Shown here: positions 26,739 to 38,789 of the stretch, in pieces
How the letters are laid out: each line of letters opens with the position of its first letter
Numbering within the stretch: the stretch's first letter is position 1
Assembly (NCBI GenBank): GCA_964016885.1
Contig: OZ024742.1
Span: 53,878,001 to 53,942,000 of the forward strand
DNA: 64,000 nt
Direction: 5' to 3'
DNA from: Eledone cirrhosa
Taxonomy: Eukaryota
Translations under genes and position numbers: made by a program
The notes under the pieces: model-generated
The model's input: only the letters and a program-made list of their open reading frames with translations
Database searches by the model: none
What the model was told of the DNA's origin: nothing

Positions 26739-27127
26739 TTTGGTAAATGAAATAATTATCTTATGTTGTTTATTACATAACTAAAAAACTCTGTAGCCTA
26801 CATAGAGCACTCTCTTTTCCTTTACCTTTCCTACGGAAATACTTCATCTCCTTATAATATATAACCAGCAATTTCTCTGTCTGTCTGTCCGACAGTGGAA
26901 ACACGTGCGCGCGTGGTTGCTATCTCTCTCTCTCCAGCTATCCCTCTCCTTTAGTCTGTCTGTTTCTCTCACTCTCACTCTTTCTCTTTGTAACACACTA
27001 ACATTCCTCCCCTCTATCGCTGTGACGAATGGGGAGATGGAGGAGGAGGAGGAGAGAGTAACTTCGTCACTTCACCTCTGCCTTTCTTTCTCTCCACTCT
27101 CACTCCCTTATTACTTACAGACATTAG

Positions 27128-27320
27128 GGCGGTGGATTGGCAGAATCTGTAGAGAGTCGGACACCATGCTTCATAGCATGGAGTTACGTCCCTTTACGGT
27201 CTGAGTTCAAATACCGCCGAGGTTAACTTTGTCTTTCATCCTCACGGGGTCGATAAAATAAAGTACCAGTAATGTACTGGGTAATTGCTGGCCTTGTGCC
27301 AAAAGTAGAAACAATTATTA
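27128..27320 (+). mobile_element. Full-length tRNA-derived SINE
   Basis: GGCGGTGGATTGGCAGAATC (A-box-like), GAGTTCAAATACC (B-box-like), core, GTAGAAACAATTATTA tail. Confidence 0.88.
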
Positions 27321-27438
27321 GAAACATTGCTTCATTTTTACATGTCTAAGCATTAGTAAAATAACTAATAATTTCAAAAGTAATTTTTCAATTCCAATTG
27401 TTATGAACAGCAAAACATTAATAATAATTTTGTTCTAA

Positions 27439-27610
27439 GAAATATATATACATTTCTGTGTGTGTAATATATATATATATATACACACAGAAATATATAT
27501 ATATACACACAGAAATATATATACATTTCTGTGTGTGTAATATATATATATATACACACACAGAAATATATATATATACACACAGAAATATATATACATT
27601 TCTGTGTGTG

Positions 27611-27671
<61 letters not shown>

Positions 27672-27699
27672 GAAATATATATACATTTCTGTGTGTGTA

Positions 27700-27730
<31 letters not shown>

Positions 27731-27738
27731 GAAATATA
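27439..27738. repeat. Fold-back minisatellite ATTTCTGTGTGTGT-(AT)n-ACACACAGAAAT, about 4 units
   Basis: Each unit is internally self-complementary and tandemly reiterated. Confidence 0.8.
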
Positions 27739-27996
27739 TGGGCATTTCTCTGTTTGTCTGTATGTCTGTCTGTCCTTCCCTAAAACTCAAATGTAGGTGC
27801 TACAGAAATATTACCTTCCCCTTCCTTTCTCCACTTTGGTACTACCAAGAGAAACACTATCGCTATAGAAACATTACCTTCCCCTCTCCACTGACTTTGG
27901 TCGCTGAGGCCGAGGAAATCGCTGGTTGCTATAGAGACACCTTGCACAAGCCAGAATAACCAGTTCGAGGCGGTTCTGACTTGACACCATGCCAAG

Positions 27997-28510
27997 TCTA
28001 CTTATAATATATAATGGGCATTTCTCTGTTTGTTTGTCTGTCTGTCCGTCTGTAAAAAATGCCAAGGAAACAAATAGACGCGGTTTCAAATCTCTATGCT
28101 TTTCAAATTCATTACATTAATCTTTATTTATACGTTTCGCTTTACGAGTGTTTCGACTTACGAGTGTTTCGGCTTACGAGTGTTTCAGCTTATCATTATA
28201 TATAAACGTTTCTATTTCCATCGTTTTATCGTAAACGTGTATATATTTCCATCGTTATATCATAACATTTATGTATCATAACGTTTATATTTCCGTCACT
28301 AATCTCTTTTTCTCCTTTTTCGTTTTAACATATATTTATTTCAAAGATTTCACCGTATAGATAACATATATATTTATACATGCATAAAAGACACACCGAG
28401 AGACGGTGAACATGTGGTGCCGAAAACATTTCTCATCCAAATCTCAACAATATCAGTATATACACTAGACTTGCTAGCAGAAAACCGCCCACCGGGTGGT
28501 TTTCTGCTAG
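27997..28510 (+). mobile_element. Non-autonomous Helitron-type element
   Basis: 5' TCTACTTATAATATATAATGGGC followed by GTTT/GTCT repeats; 3' hairpin CTAGCAGAAAACCGCCC-ACC-GGGTGGTTTTCTGCTAG ending in CTAG. Confidence 0.65.
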
Positions 28511-31500
28511 TCTCTATATATATAAAACTGAAGATGTCTGTCTGTGTGTGTGTATGATGTTTATGCATTTCCACATTTCTCTACCGATTTTGATGAGTTT
28601 TTTTCCAATGTGTTCCAAATTTACCGACGATGGTAAACGCGACATAAACTTTGCCAATAATTTCCTGCTTCTATGAAAAAGATGGATAAAACTAAATACA
28701 TGCTCTAACTCTCTCTTGCCGTCTCAACTGCTGCGTCACGTGCTGGTGAGGACGAAGGGCAGCGTTCTAGACGCCGACGTACGGACGCCGCTACTTGAAT
28801 CTCAACAAAGACATTATATTTTGTTGTCCTTTTTGTAATTTTTTTTTCTTTCTTTTTAGCAATATGAGAAAAAAAAGTAATATAAATATTCTGATAAAAT
28901 AAATAGCGAGAAAACTTTCAGGAACATCCGATTTTGATAATCTTTTTTCCAGCGTGCTTCAAATTATCGCCCCTGTTTACGCTCTTTTGTGCTATAACTC
29001 AGACATGCTCGGCTTAGAGGTTTGACCTACTATTTGACGTGCGTTCTTGCTACAACTTACTTAGTACTTACTTTCCACTTATTCACTGTTCAATTGAAAT
29101 TTTTCGCTACCCCACCTTTTTTGCTCCATTACCTGCATAAATATTTACGTGTTCGGTTTAATTAGTACTTCCTGTTTCCTTTTTTAAACTTACTTTTAAA
29201 ACATACTTTGACACTACGGTCATGCCCCCCAAGAAAGGACCACGGCTTAGACCCCAAACTAAAGCTGCTTCTGATGCCAAACAAAGAAGAGCTACAGAGT
29301 CGTGCCTCGAGAATTTGACTCGGTTGTCACAAAATGCAACTCGAAATGCAATTACCCGGTCAACGGAGACAGAAGAACAGAGGAGCATTCGCCTTTCCGG
29401 GAATGCATTTCTAACTGCAGTTGCACGTGCAGCGCAAACTGATGAACAATATTCTCGACGACGAAGCAAAAATGCTGCGGCGTGTGCTGGTGAGGACGAA
29501 GAACAGCGTTCCAGACGACGAGGAAAAGATGCCGCCTCAACTGCTGCGTCACGTGCTGGTGAGGACGAAGGGCAGCGTTCCAGACGCCGACCTACGGACG
29601 ACGCTTCAATCGCTTCTGTGCGTCAGAGACTGCGCAAATTCGATTACACAGACTAAACTCCAATGCACTCCGCAGGAGTGCTCAACGAGGTACTCCGAGG
29701 TTCAGTTGTACTCAGTGGTCTCATAAGGCTTTCCAATATGACCCTACAGTTAACTATGCACTGCTGCCAGAAATTCAGATTGGATCCATGTCCGTCATTT
29801 GCCAATCTTGCCGGGAAAAAAATGGCCTGGGGAGACTTCAGGGATGTGCTGCTATGACGGCAAAGTGAAACTGCCTCCTCTACAGGAACCACCACAACCT
29901 TTGAAGTCTCTACTGACCGGTGCCACAGTGGAGTCGGAACAATTCCTTCAATGTTCCAGGAGATACAACGCTGCCTTCCAAATGACCTCTTTCGGAGCTA
30001 ACATCATACGGGAGGGCGGCTTCATGCCTACGTTTGAAGTTCAAGGACAAATTTACCACAGGATCGGTTCGCTCCTGCCTAGGACAGACGGAGCGCCCCA
30101 GTTCCTACAGCTATACTTTGTCAATGACCATTTGGACCAAGCGGAACGACGCGCTTTAATTTCGCCTGGCACAGAGATGAAAATTATGTTGGAACTTCAG
30201 AGAATACTGCGCGAATACTGCACGAAATACTTCAGAGAATACTGCACGAAAACGACAACTACATTCGCAGTTTTAAATGCGCATTGGAAGCCGCTTCGGC
30301 GCCAAATTTTGCTGTTATAATCGACGCTGACTGGAAACCACGAGGCACCCACGACGGCCGTTTTAACACTCACAGGTGCAATGAAATAGCTGTGATTCTT
30401 CAAGCAGGACATCATACTTCAGTGTAGGGATAACACTCTGCAAAAGATCAGCGAGATGCATAGGTCCTACGACGCATTCCAATAACCCCTTCTTTTCCTA
30501 TTCGGTGACAACGGACACTACTTTGGAATTCCTTTGTGCAACAGCAACAAAACTGTTTCCTGTATGCAATTCTACGCCTACCGATTCATGGTCTGCGAAG
30601 GCTGCTTTAACCACCTCCACCGTGCAAGAGTACTCTTCAACCAATTTGCTGTAGACGCGTGCGCAAAGATGGAATTTGAAAGGCTGTGCTACATAAGGAA
30701 AAATCAAGCACGCCTTCGTTCGGACAGCTACATTCACTTACGGGATGGTGTAAGGAATGACGTCGATCCCGAGAACCTTGGAAATCATTGTATCCTTCCG
30801 TCGACGTTTATTGGGAGGCCCCGATACATGAGTGAACGAACACAGGATGCTATGACTTATGTGCGTCTCTACGGCAGACCGGATCTCTTCATCACTTTAA
30901 CTTGCAACTCCAAGTGGACTGAAATTACCGTGGAATTATTCCCCAGACAAAGGGCGTCAGACAGACACGACCTTACGGCACGAGTCTTCCACTTGAAATT
31001 GACAAAACTTATTGAACTCATACAATCGGGTAAAGCTTTTGGACCTGTTAGATGCTACGTATACACCTTTGAGTGGCAAAAGAGAGGCCTGCCATACGCC
31101 CACATACTCATTTGGCTAATAACGAAAATCAACGCAACCAGCATTGACAGCATTATTTCAGCAGAAATACCCGACCCGAAATTGGACAGAGAACTCCACA
31201 ACATCGTCACTGCTCAGATGGTTCACGGGCCATGCGGAAACGGTTTCAACATGAATTCGCCATGCTTTAAAGAAAGAAGGTGCACCAACAGGTATTCAAG
31301 GCCATTCCTCTGAGAAACTCAGACAGGTGGCGACGGTTACCCATTATACCGCCGCAGGGAGCCAGCGGACGGAGAAATTATTGTGATAACCCCACATCTC
31401 CACGTCGACAACCGGTGGATTGTACCCTACTGCCCACTTCTACTTAAAATGTTTAACGCCCACATTAACGTTGAATACTGCCACTCCGTCAAATCAATAA

Positions 31501-34286
31501 AGTACGTCTGCAAGTACATCAATAAGGGGTCCGATGCTGCGTCCTTCGGTCTTACAATGGGAAACAGCCGAGACGAAATCACTCGCTACCAGGTCGGCCG
31601 ATACATCAGCAGTAATGAAGCGTTCTGGCGATTGTTCCACTTTGCAATACACCATAACTACCCCCCAATCAAACAGTTGGCGGTGCACCTTTAAAATGGT
31701 CAAAGAGTCTACTTCACCGCCTCCACCGCTGCTGAGATAGCAGAGGAAGCCAAGGACACCACACTTACGGCATTTTTTAAGTTATGCCGAAGCGATCACT
31801 TCGCCAAGACCCTCTTCTACTCTCAGGTGCCATCATACTGCACTTGGAACACAGACAACAGAATTTGGTTATGAAGGGTGAAAGGACAACCCGTCGAGGG
31901 ACATCCAGACATTAAAATCTCCCCTACCCTGGGATAGTCTACGCAATTCATCCTAACCAACAGGAATGCTTTTATCTACGCCTTCTACTGCATGAGGTTG
32001 TAGGACCGACATCTTTAAACGATCTGAAAACAATCAACAGAGACGTTTGTACTTCATTCCGCGCAGCCTGCCTTAGAGGGGGTCTACTGGAAGATGGCGC
32101 TCAGTGGGGTGCAACATTGGCGGAGGCAACTACAATACGCTCAGCGCGAAGTCTTCGGCAACTCTTTGCGGTGCTACTGCAGACATGCGAGCTAAGCGAC
32201 CCTGTATCCTTATGGGAGAAATACAAAGAGGATCTTTGCGATGACTACATACACCAAGGACAACTGCTACTCCCTCATTCCGACGTACGACTCAGCGACG
32301 AAGTCTTCAACAAAGCTCTCATTGACATCGAGGACAAAATCCCTACTGCCGGCGGAAATGACCTTCCATTCTATGGACTGCCAAATGTTCAGCGAACGGG
32401 CCCGCACAAACTTCCGATGGACATAATTCAGGAAACTGCCCACGACGTCGACGCCCTCGGACTGTTCATCAACGAAAACGAGCCGAAATTGTCAACGCAC
32501 AGGAGGTATCTTCTTTTTGGACGCCCCAGGAGGAACTGGTAAAACATTAGTCACTAAAATCCTCCTCCCCAAAGTGCGACAGCAAAAAGGAATCGACCAG
32601 GCTGTGGCTTCTTCTGGGATTGCCGCATCTCTGCTGCCCAGAGGTAGGACAGCTCATTCCGAATTTAAACTACCATTCAACGCGACTTCAGACGACACAA
32701 TAACATGCAATATCACCAAGGACTCTGACAAAGCAGAAGTCTTGAAAAGATGCCAGCTAATTGTGTGGGACGAATGCACAATGGCCCATAAAGTGTCCCT
32801 CTAGGCGGTAGACAGGAACCCTACGAGACATCAGGGAATGCAACCGCCCGATGGAAGGATTACCTCTACTGCTGTCTGGCGATTTTCGACAAACTCTTCC
32901 AGTTGTTCCAAAAGCCACCAGGGCCGACACTGTGGGGGCTTGCATTAAGTCATCTCCCCTGTGGCAGGAGGTGATAATTCTGACCCTCACAACAAACACG
33001 AGAGCCCAACTGTTCGGCGACCACTTATCAGCCTACTTCTCGGAGGACCTCTTAACAGTTGGTGACGGTATTGCACCTTCAGATGCAGCTGGAGAAATGG
33101 CAGTCTCGCAAGTAGGCACCGTTGTCGACAGTGTTGACAACCTCACAGCCTCTGTCTTTCGCGATATGGCCATCAACTACAAAAACAAGAGTTGGTTGTG
33201 CGATAGAGACATATAAGGTCCCAAAAATGTCTCTATTGCAAAAATCAATAGGGACCTTCTGCAACGCATTCTTGAAAACCTCCATACCTACAAATCTGTG
33301 GACACAGTCGTGGACAAAGATGAGGTTGACGATTTTCTCACAGAATTCCTCAATTCCTTGGACCTCTCCGGACTGCCACCTCATGAACTGCGCCTCAAAT
33401 TTGGGGCTCCAGTGATGCTGTTGAGGAATCTGGAACCACCGCGTCTCTGCAATGTAACACGGTTAGTGATAAGAAACCTCCTGCCGCATGTAATTGAAGC
33501 CACAATTCTCATGGGCTGCGGCGCTGGAGAAAACGTCTTTATACCCAGAATACCATTAACTCCATCAGGTAAGGATTGCTCTGTACTCTGCGCCGACTTC
33601 AATTCTCTGTTAAACTTTGCTTCGCGATGTCAATCAACAAGTCCCATGGCCAAACGCTAACAACAGCAGACCGCCATTTAGGCCAGCCGTGCTTCTGACA
33701 CGGCCAATTATACGTCGCATGCTCAAGAGTCGGATGTAAGCAGAACTTACTCATACTTGCGCCTAAAGTCAGAACAAATAATGTAGTCTACAGAGAGGTG
33801 TTGTGACTCCTCTATTCAGCACCACTGCAGTCTTGCCGGTCTGACATATGGTGAGTAGATGCTATTGTTGTATATTTTCAAACTTACCCGTATTTACTTA
33901 CCCATGCTTATTCCCCCTCTTTCCTCCATAGGGCATCCAATCTGTTTTCACAGAGCATGAAGTTTCGGGACAGCACGTCCGCTGCCGTTGGTAGAAGAGG
34001 AAGAGGCCCTATTCACCTGCGAACGTTTTACACCGCTTTCCAGGACTTCCTACCAAATTGTTACCATTGTGAGAACGATAAAACGGCCCTTTTCAGGGCC
34101 ACCTCATTCAATTATTACCCCCTTCTGAGAGTGTTGCAAAGCCCTTCGCAGGGCTTTCTATCGTTGCAAATCGATTGGTTGGGCGGGAACTTATATCAAT
34201 CTTGGTCTCAATAATCATAATTGAGTGGAATCATTAAGAGTACTTTAAAGCAATTAAACCCCGAGCGACGCCAGGCACTTCTGCTA

Positions 34287-34287
<1 letters not shown>
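28511..34287 (+). mobile_element. Full-length but decayed autonomous Helitron
   Basis: 5' TCTCTATATATATAAAACTG; Rep/Hel coding remnant; 3' GC-rich hairpin-like CCCGAGCGACGCCAGG followed by CTAG (34284-34287). Confidence 0.92.
29222..33806 (+). pseudogene. Helitron Rep/helicase (HUH Rep plus PIF1-like SF1B helicase), multiple stops and frameshifts
   Basis: MCCYDGKV, YNAAFQMTSFG, GRPDLFITLTCN, FEWQKRGLPYAHIL, MVHGPCG, KYVCKYINKG, DAPGGTGKT, IVWDEC, GDFRQTLPV, MLLRNL, HGQLYVACSRV; stop at 33804-33806. Confidence 0.93.
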
Positions 34288-34354
<67 letters not shown>

Positions 34355-34574
34355 CGTTTCTGAATTTGTTTAGCAAGATTCTTTATCTGAAATCGTGTGT
34401 TGAAACCGATATTGTTATACTTTGGGAGGGTCATGTTGCCAATAAGAAACACTCGCACCAGTTGCTTTCACTTCAATTTATTATATATTTATAAATTTAT
34501 AAATTTACAAATCTACAAACTTATAAATTTCTGGTTGGTTGGTTGGTTCCACAACCAGATAGTTGTTTATATAT

Positions 34575-34619
34575 AGTCATAGTCCTTTCGTCACACACTC
34601 TGTGACCTCTTCAGTGACT
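34575..34619 (-). ncRNA. Minimal type-I hammerhead ribozyme (family C)
   Basis: Exact mirror of 34746-34790. Confidence 0.85.
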
Positions 34620-34745
34620 GGGGATTCCTTTCTTTGTTTCTGTGCCTTTCCTTTCTTCTGTCCTACGCCATTTTCTCCTACGCCATTTTCAAAATGGCGT
34701 AGGACAGAAGAAAGGAAAGGCACAGAAACAAAGAAAGGAATCCCC

Positions 34746-34790
34746 AGTCACTGAAGAGGTCACAGAGTGTGTGACGAAAGGACTATGACT
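34746..34790 (+). ncRNA. Minimal type-I hammerhead ribozyme (family C)
   Basis: AGTCA-CTGAAGA-GGTCACAGAGTGTGTGAC-GAAA-GGAC-TA|TGACT; perfect 5-bp stem I. Confidence 0.87.
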
Positions 34791-35042
34791 ATATATAAAC
34801 AACTATCTGGTTGTGGAACCAACCAACCAACCAGAAATTTATAAGTTTGTAGATTTGTAAATTTATAAATTTATAAATATATAATAAATTGAAGTGAAAG
34901 CAACTGGTGCGTGTGTTTCTTATTGGCAACATGACCCTCCCAAAGTATAACAATATATATATATATATATATAATACATTATAAAGAAAGAAGAAATATT
35001 AGATATAAATAAAAAGATATAATATACCTAAATTCCTTCATC

Positions 35043-35136
35043 ATCCTTGACTACGTAGTTTCGTGGTTATTATGCAAAAACATTACATCATAGAGATGCA
35101 GTATTTCTGTGAGGTTTGTTGACTTATCAAGAGGAT
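35043..35136 (-). ncRNA. Candidate U3-A8 hammerhead with long, poorly paired stem II
   Basis: Reverse complement: ATCCTC-TTGATAA-GT...AC-GAAA-CTACGTAG-TC|AAGGAT. Confidence 0.55.
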
Positions 35137-35557
35137 ACCTCATTTAGAGTTTCAAAACACGTCCGTAGGACGCGAGATAGAATCCCGAAAGGCGGAGGGG
35201 GAACTTATCACGTGATACAGCGGTCAAGAAACAGAGCTAAGCCTCTTACAACCAAGAGAAAAATACCACAAAAGGCGGAGGGGTATTTATGTCAAGGCCG
35301 TAGAAGAGTTGGCTAGGAGGGCGAGAAGTATGAGTAGTGTAAGCTTAACAGCAGTCACTATACTACAGTGGTTACTCTACCGTAGGGAGTTATAAACAAT
35401 ACAAAGAAATACACAGACATGCGAATACATACATATACATGCATATACCCACATATATCCCTGAATTTGTGTGGTGCCAACCTTAACCGTTGTTGCTCTA
35501 TGAATAATAGGGACAAATCTGAATGGATTAGATTGATACAATATCAGAGCTATATAA

Positions 35558-36118
35558 TTTTTATATATATAAAAGCGAGCATGTGTGTGTGTCGGTGTAC
35601 AACTTGGCATGCATAAGGCTTCCACAATTACCAACTGAATTTGACCAAATTTTCTGTGCACGTTGCACAGGTCGCTAAGATTGTTACATCACAAACATTT
35701 TTCAAATCGACCCACGTTGAGCAATAAAAAATCGATATCAAAATTATCGGTAGAAAAATTGATATAAGGGAGATAACAAACTTTATTGACAATCCTTATA
35801 AAAAAGGGAGATAATCTTTTCACCAAATATGCCCCGTATTAACTTTTTGTACTTTAGCAAAACTGCCTGTTTTTTTTTTACAGATTTGCAAATTGTATTG
35901 TCTTTAATCATTTGTATAACTACATCCTGTTCAGGGTTTTCCTTCATTATCAGCATAGTTTTATGTGTACAAAGATTGCACTAAATATTCGATTGCATTA
36001 ATTATTGAAGACTTCTACTTATTTTGACAGGTTTGGGACAAATAATGTTCTTTTACTTCCTAGCTGTATATTCTTAGCATAATTTCAAACCCCGAGCAAC
36101 GCCGTGTAAATCTGCTAG
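35558..36118 (+). mobile_element. Non-autonomous Helitron
   Basis: 5' TTTATATATATAAAAGCGAG then (TG)n; 3' CCCGAGCAACGCCG...TCTGCTAG, homologous to the autonomous Helitron end. Confidence 0.7.
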
Positions 36119-36289
36119 TAAAGAAAGAAGAAACATTAGATATAAATAAAAAGATATAATATATATCTATATATCTATATATATATAGGGTATCCAAAAA
36201 ATGTATACACACTTTGACAGCATGATAATATTGGCTGTACAGGTAAACAACGTGTGTATACATTCCTCTAGGACACCTTGTGTATATAA

Positions 36290-36362
<73 letters not shown>

Positions 36363-36615
36363 TATATATATGTGTGTGTGTAAGTATGTATATACATATA
36401 TACTAATATATATATATATTGGTAAACACAGATACATGCATATTCATGAATGCGTTTTGAAGAGGAACGGGAGGGAACACCTCCATGGTGATTTCAAATG
36501 AACGACACATTTAGATTTCACTTTACACACAAACACACACACAAACACAAACACAAACACACACACACACACACTCACACACACCCACGCACACACGCAC
36601 GCACACACACACACA

Positions 36616-36661
<46 letters not shown>

Positions 36662-36676
36662 TATATATATATATAT

Positions 36677-37822
36677 CCAGGGAGTGTAACGTGGAGTTAC
36701 TGTAGGTTTATCCGGGTGAACACTCGATGATTAGGTTCACTTCTGTGTCGACGTGTAGAGCTAGACAGAGTGTTACGGGGTCGATAAAATAAAGTACCAA
36801 TAATACACTGGAATAATTGCTGGCCTTGTGCCAAAAGTAGAAACAATTATAATAAAATAAAACAAGAACGAGTGGTTACTCTTTCATTACGTTCATTGGT
36901 TTGGTGAGGCGCGCTTCGTCACTGACCAGCTCTAGGTTCGATCTGTATCGATCTAGCTCGGGCTCGTGAGACCCTTTTTAGTAGTTATGAAAAAATGATT
37001 ATACATTTGAGATTTGTTTTGATTGGTGGGTTAATTCAGAGGGATGTTTTTGCCTGTAGTGTATAGGGAGGGGGGGATAGTTGGTGGTGCGTGACGTAGG
37101 TTGAGGTGTGTTGTGGTGTACGGCGTGCTGATTGTCGCTAGACAGTTTGGCGTGTAGATGGGGCTGATTGTTGTGTGGGTGTGGTGGTGGTGCGGTTTAG
37201 GGAACTGGATGAAAGGTTGATGTGTTTGTGTTGGGGTGTTAGGTGTGGTAGTGGATTGTTAAGGGGACTCATGTTATAAGGAGTTAATGATCAGAGTGTA
37301 TGTAATGGCATATAGATACATATATACACGCAGCCACACACACACAGTATATACATACGCACGTGTGCATATATACGCCAGTGGTGATACGTGGTGTGGG
37401 CCAGTGCATAAACATACGTACACACAGACACACACACATGCGGTGTTTAGGGTGGGGTGTTAGGTGTGGTATGTGTTGGTGAGGTTGATGGTTGTGGATG
37501 TATGGCGATGTGGTAGTGGTGGGGGTGATGAATGCGACATGACATTTACAGGATCGAATTTTACAATGGGTTACATGTTAAAATATGACAGAAAACTATG
37601 GCACTGAAATGAGGGATGGTGTGGGAAGGCATTGGTGATTATCCCTATGTTGAGTTCAAGCCAGGGTTTTTTCATTACCACTAAAAGGGGTCTGACGAGC
37701 CGTGGATTACAGAGTCGGGCTAGATCGATACAGATCGAACCTTGCGCTAATCAGTGGCGAAACGCGCGTCACCAACCAATAAACGTAATAAGGAGTAACC
37801 ACTCGTCCTTGTTTTATTTTAT
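36677..37822. mobile_element. Non-coding inverted PLE-derived element (HHR arms, G/T-skewed 3'UTR-like core) containing a 5'-truncated SINE at ~36773-36850
   Basis: ~36852-37000 mirrors ~37670-37820 imperfectly; (TA)n flanks. Confidence 0.7.
37689..37773 (+). ncRNA. Type-I hammerhead ribozyme, branched stem II; degenerate mirror at 36902-36975
   Basis: GGT-CTGACGA(37692)-GCC...GGC-GAAA-CGCGCG-TC|ACC. Confidence 0.82.
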
Positions 37823-38639
37823 GTATATATATATATATATATATAAGGAAAAAATGGAATCGGAAATGCAACTGGAATCTTTTTAAGAATATTTATTTGG
37901 TTCATTTACCGGTTTCGCAGTTCTTATACTTTTCAAAAGTAGAATTGAGATGGTGTCGGATTTGTTTATCGTAAATTCGTGAGCTGATTTTCCGATACTC
38001 GATTATTCTATTATATTTAGCTCTAGACATAGCTATTGACCAGTTAATTTTATTGTTCATTTTTTGTCGATTCTATTGAATGATGAATAGCTCCTGTTTA
38101 TTTTAACATGTCTATCGAGCACTCTTATTCGATATGTGGTTTCCACATTACCGATTATTTTTCGCGAATATAGAGGTTATCTCCCTTGCTGGACTCCATG
38201 TGCGTTCCAGCTATAGTTAACTTCTTTATTCGTTGGACATGACCAGTTGATAAAGTGTTCCGGTCCCTCCGCTCCCTAGAAGTCTTATATATTTTTATGT
38301 GGGCTGATAGGGGGCGGATTAAGGAATTGCAGAAACCTAAGAAGCTAGATTTACCACCTTTCTAGTGGGTCCGGGTAAGTTTTTACATTCATATAAATTA
38401 TTGATTTATTGATATTTTATCTGAGTGACCCGAATCTTCCTGGTCGTTATTTTTCGGCTGCATGGGTGATTTTAGGCATAATCTTTGTGTGTTGGTATTT
38501 TAACGATAGTTATAGCTCTGATTTATCTGAATTATTGAGCCCTCTGCCACTCATGTCGGATTTGTTTATCGTAAATTCGTGAGCTGATTTTCCGATACTC
38601 GATTATTCTATTATATATATATATATATATAAAAGTATG

Positions 38640-38735
38640 ACCCCGATAGCAGAGCTCAAGCCGTTTCGACGGCTATTTCTGGACTAAATTAGATTTTTTA
38701 GCCTGGTGAATAAATAGCTGAACTTGTCAAGGGGT
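38640..38735 (-). ncRNA. U3-A8 variant hammerhead (family B)
   Basis: Reverse complement: ACCCC-TTGACAA-GTTCAGCTATTT...AAATAGCCGTC-GAAA-CGGC..GCTA-TC|GGGGT. Confidence 0.72.
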
Positions 38736-38789
38736 ACTTCCTTATATGGGAAGATTGTAGTTGTCAAGAGGATTGGTTAAAATTTGTTG

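Larger units (their letters stand above)
26362..26862. mobile_element. ORF-less inverted hammerhead mini-element, interrupted by a SINE
   Basis: 26362-26452 mirrors 26488-26553 plus 26758-26782; its tail TAGAGCACTC...CCTT...CGGAA.TACT resembles 60891-60930. Confidence 0.75.
34352..34955. mobile_element. ORF-less near-perfect palindromic hammerhead mini-element (family C)
   Basis: The arms fold back at ~34690, with a 15-bp duplication TCCTACGCCATTTTC at the apex; (TA)n both sides. Confidence 0.88.

Noticed and set aside
27128-27220. tRNA gene
   Set aside because: The A/B-box-like head continues into a multi-copy SINE body; no complete cloverleaf.
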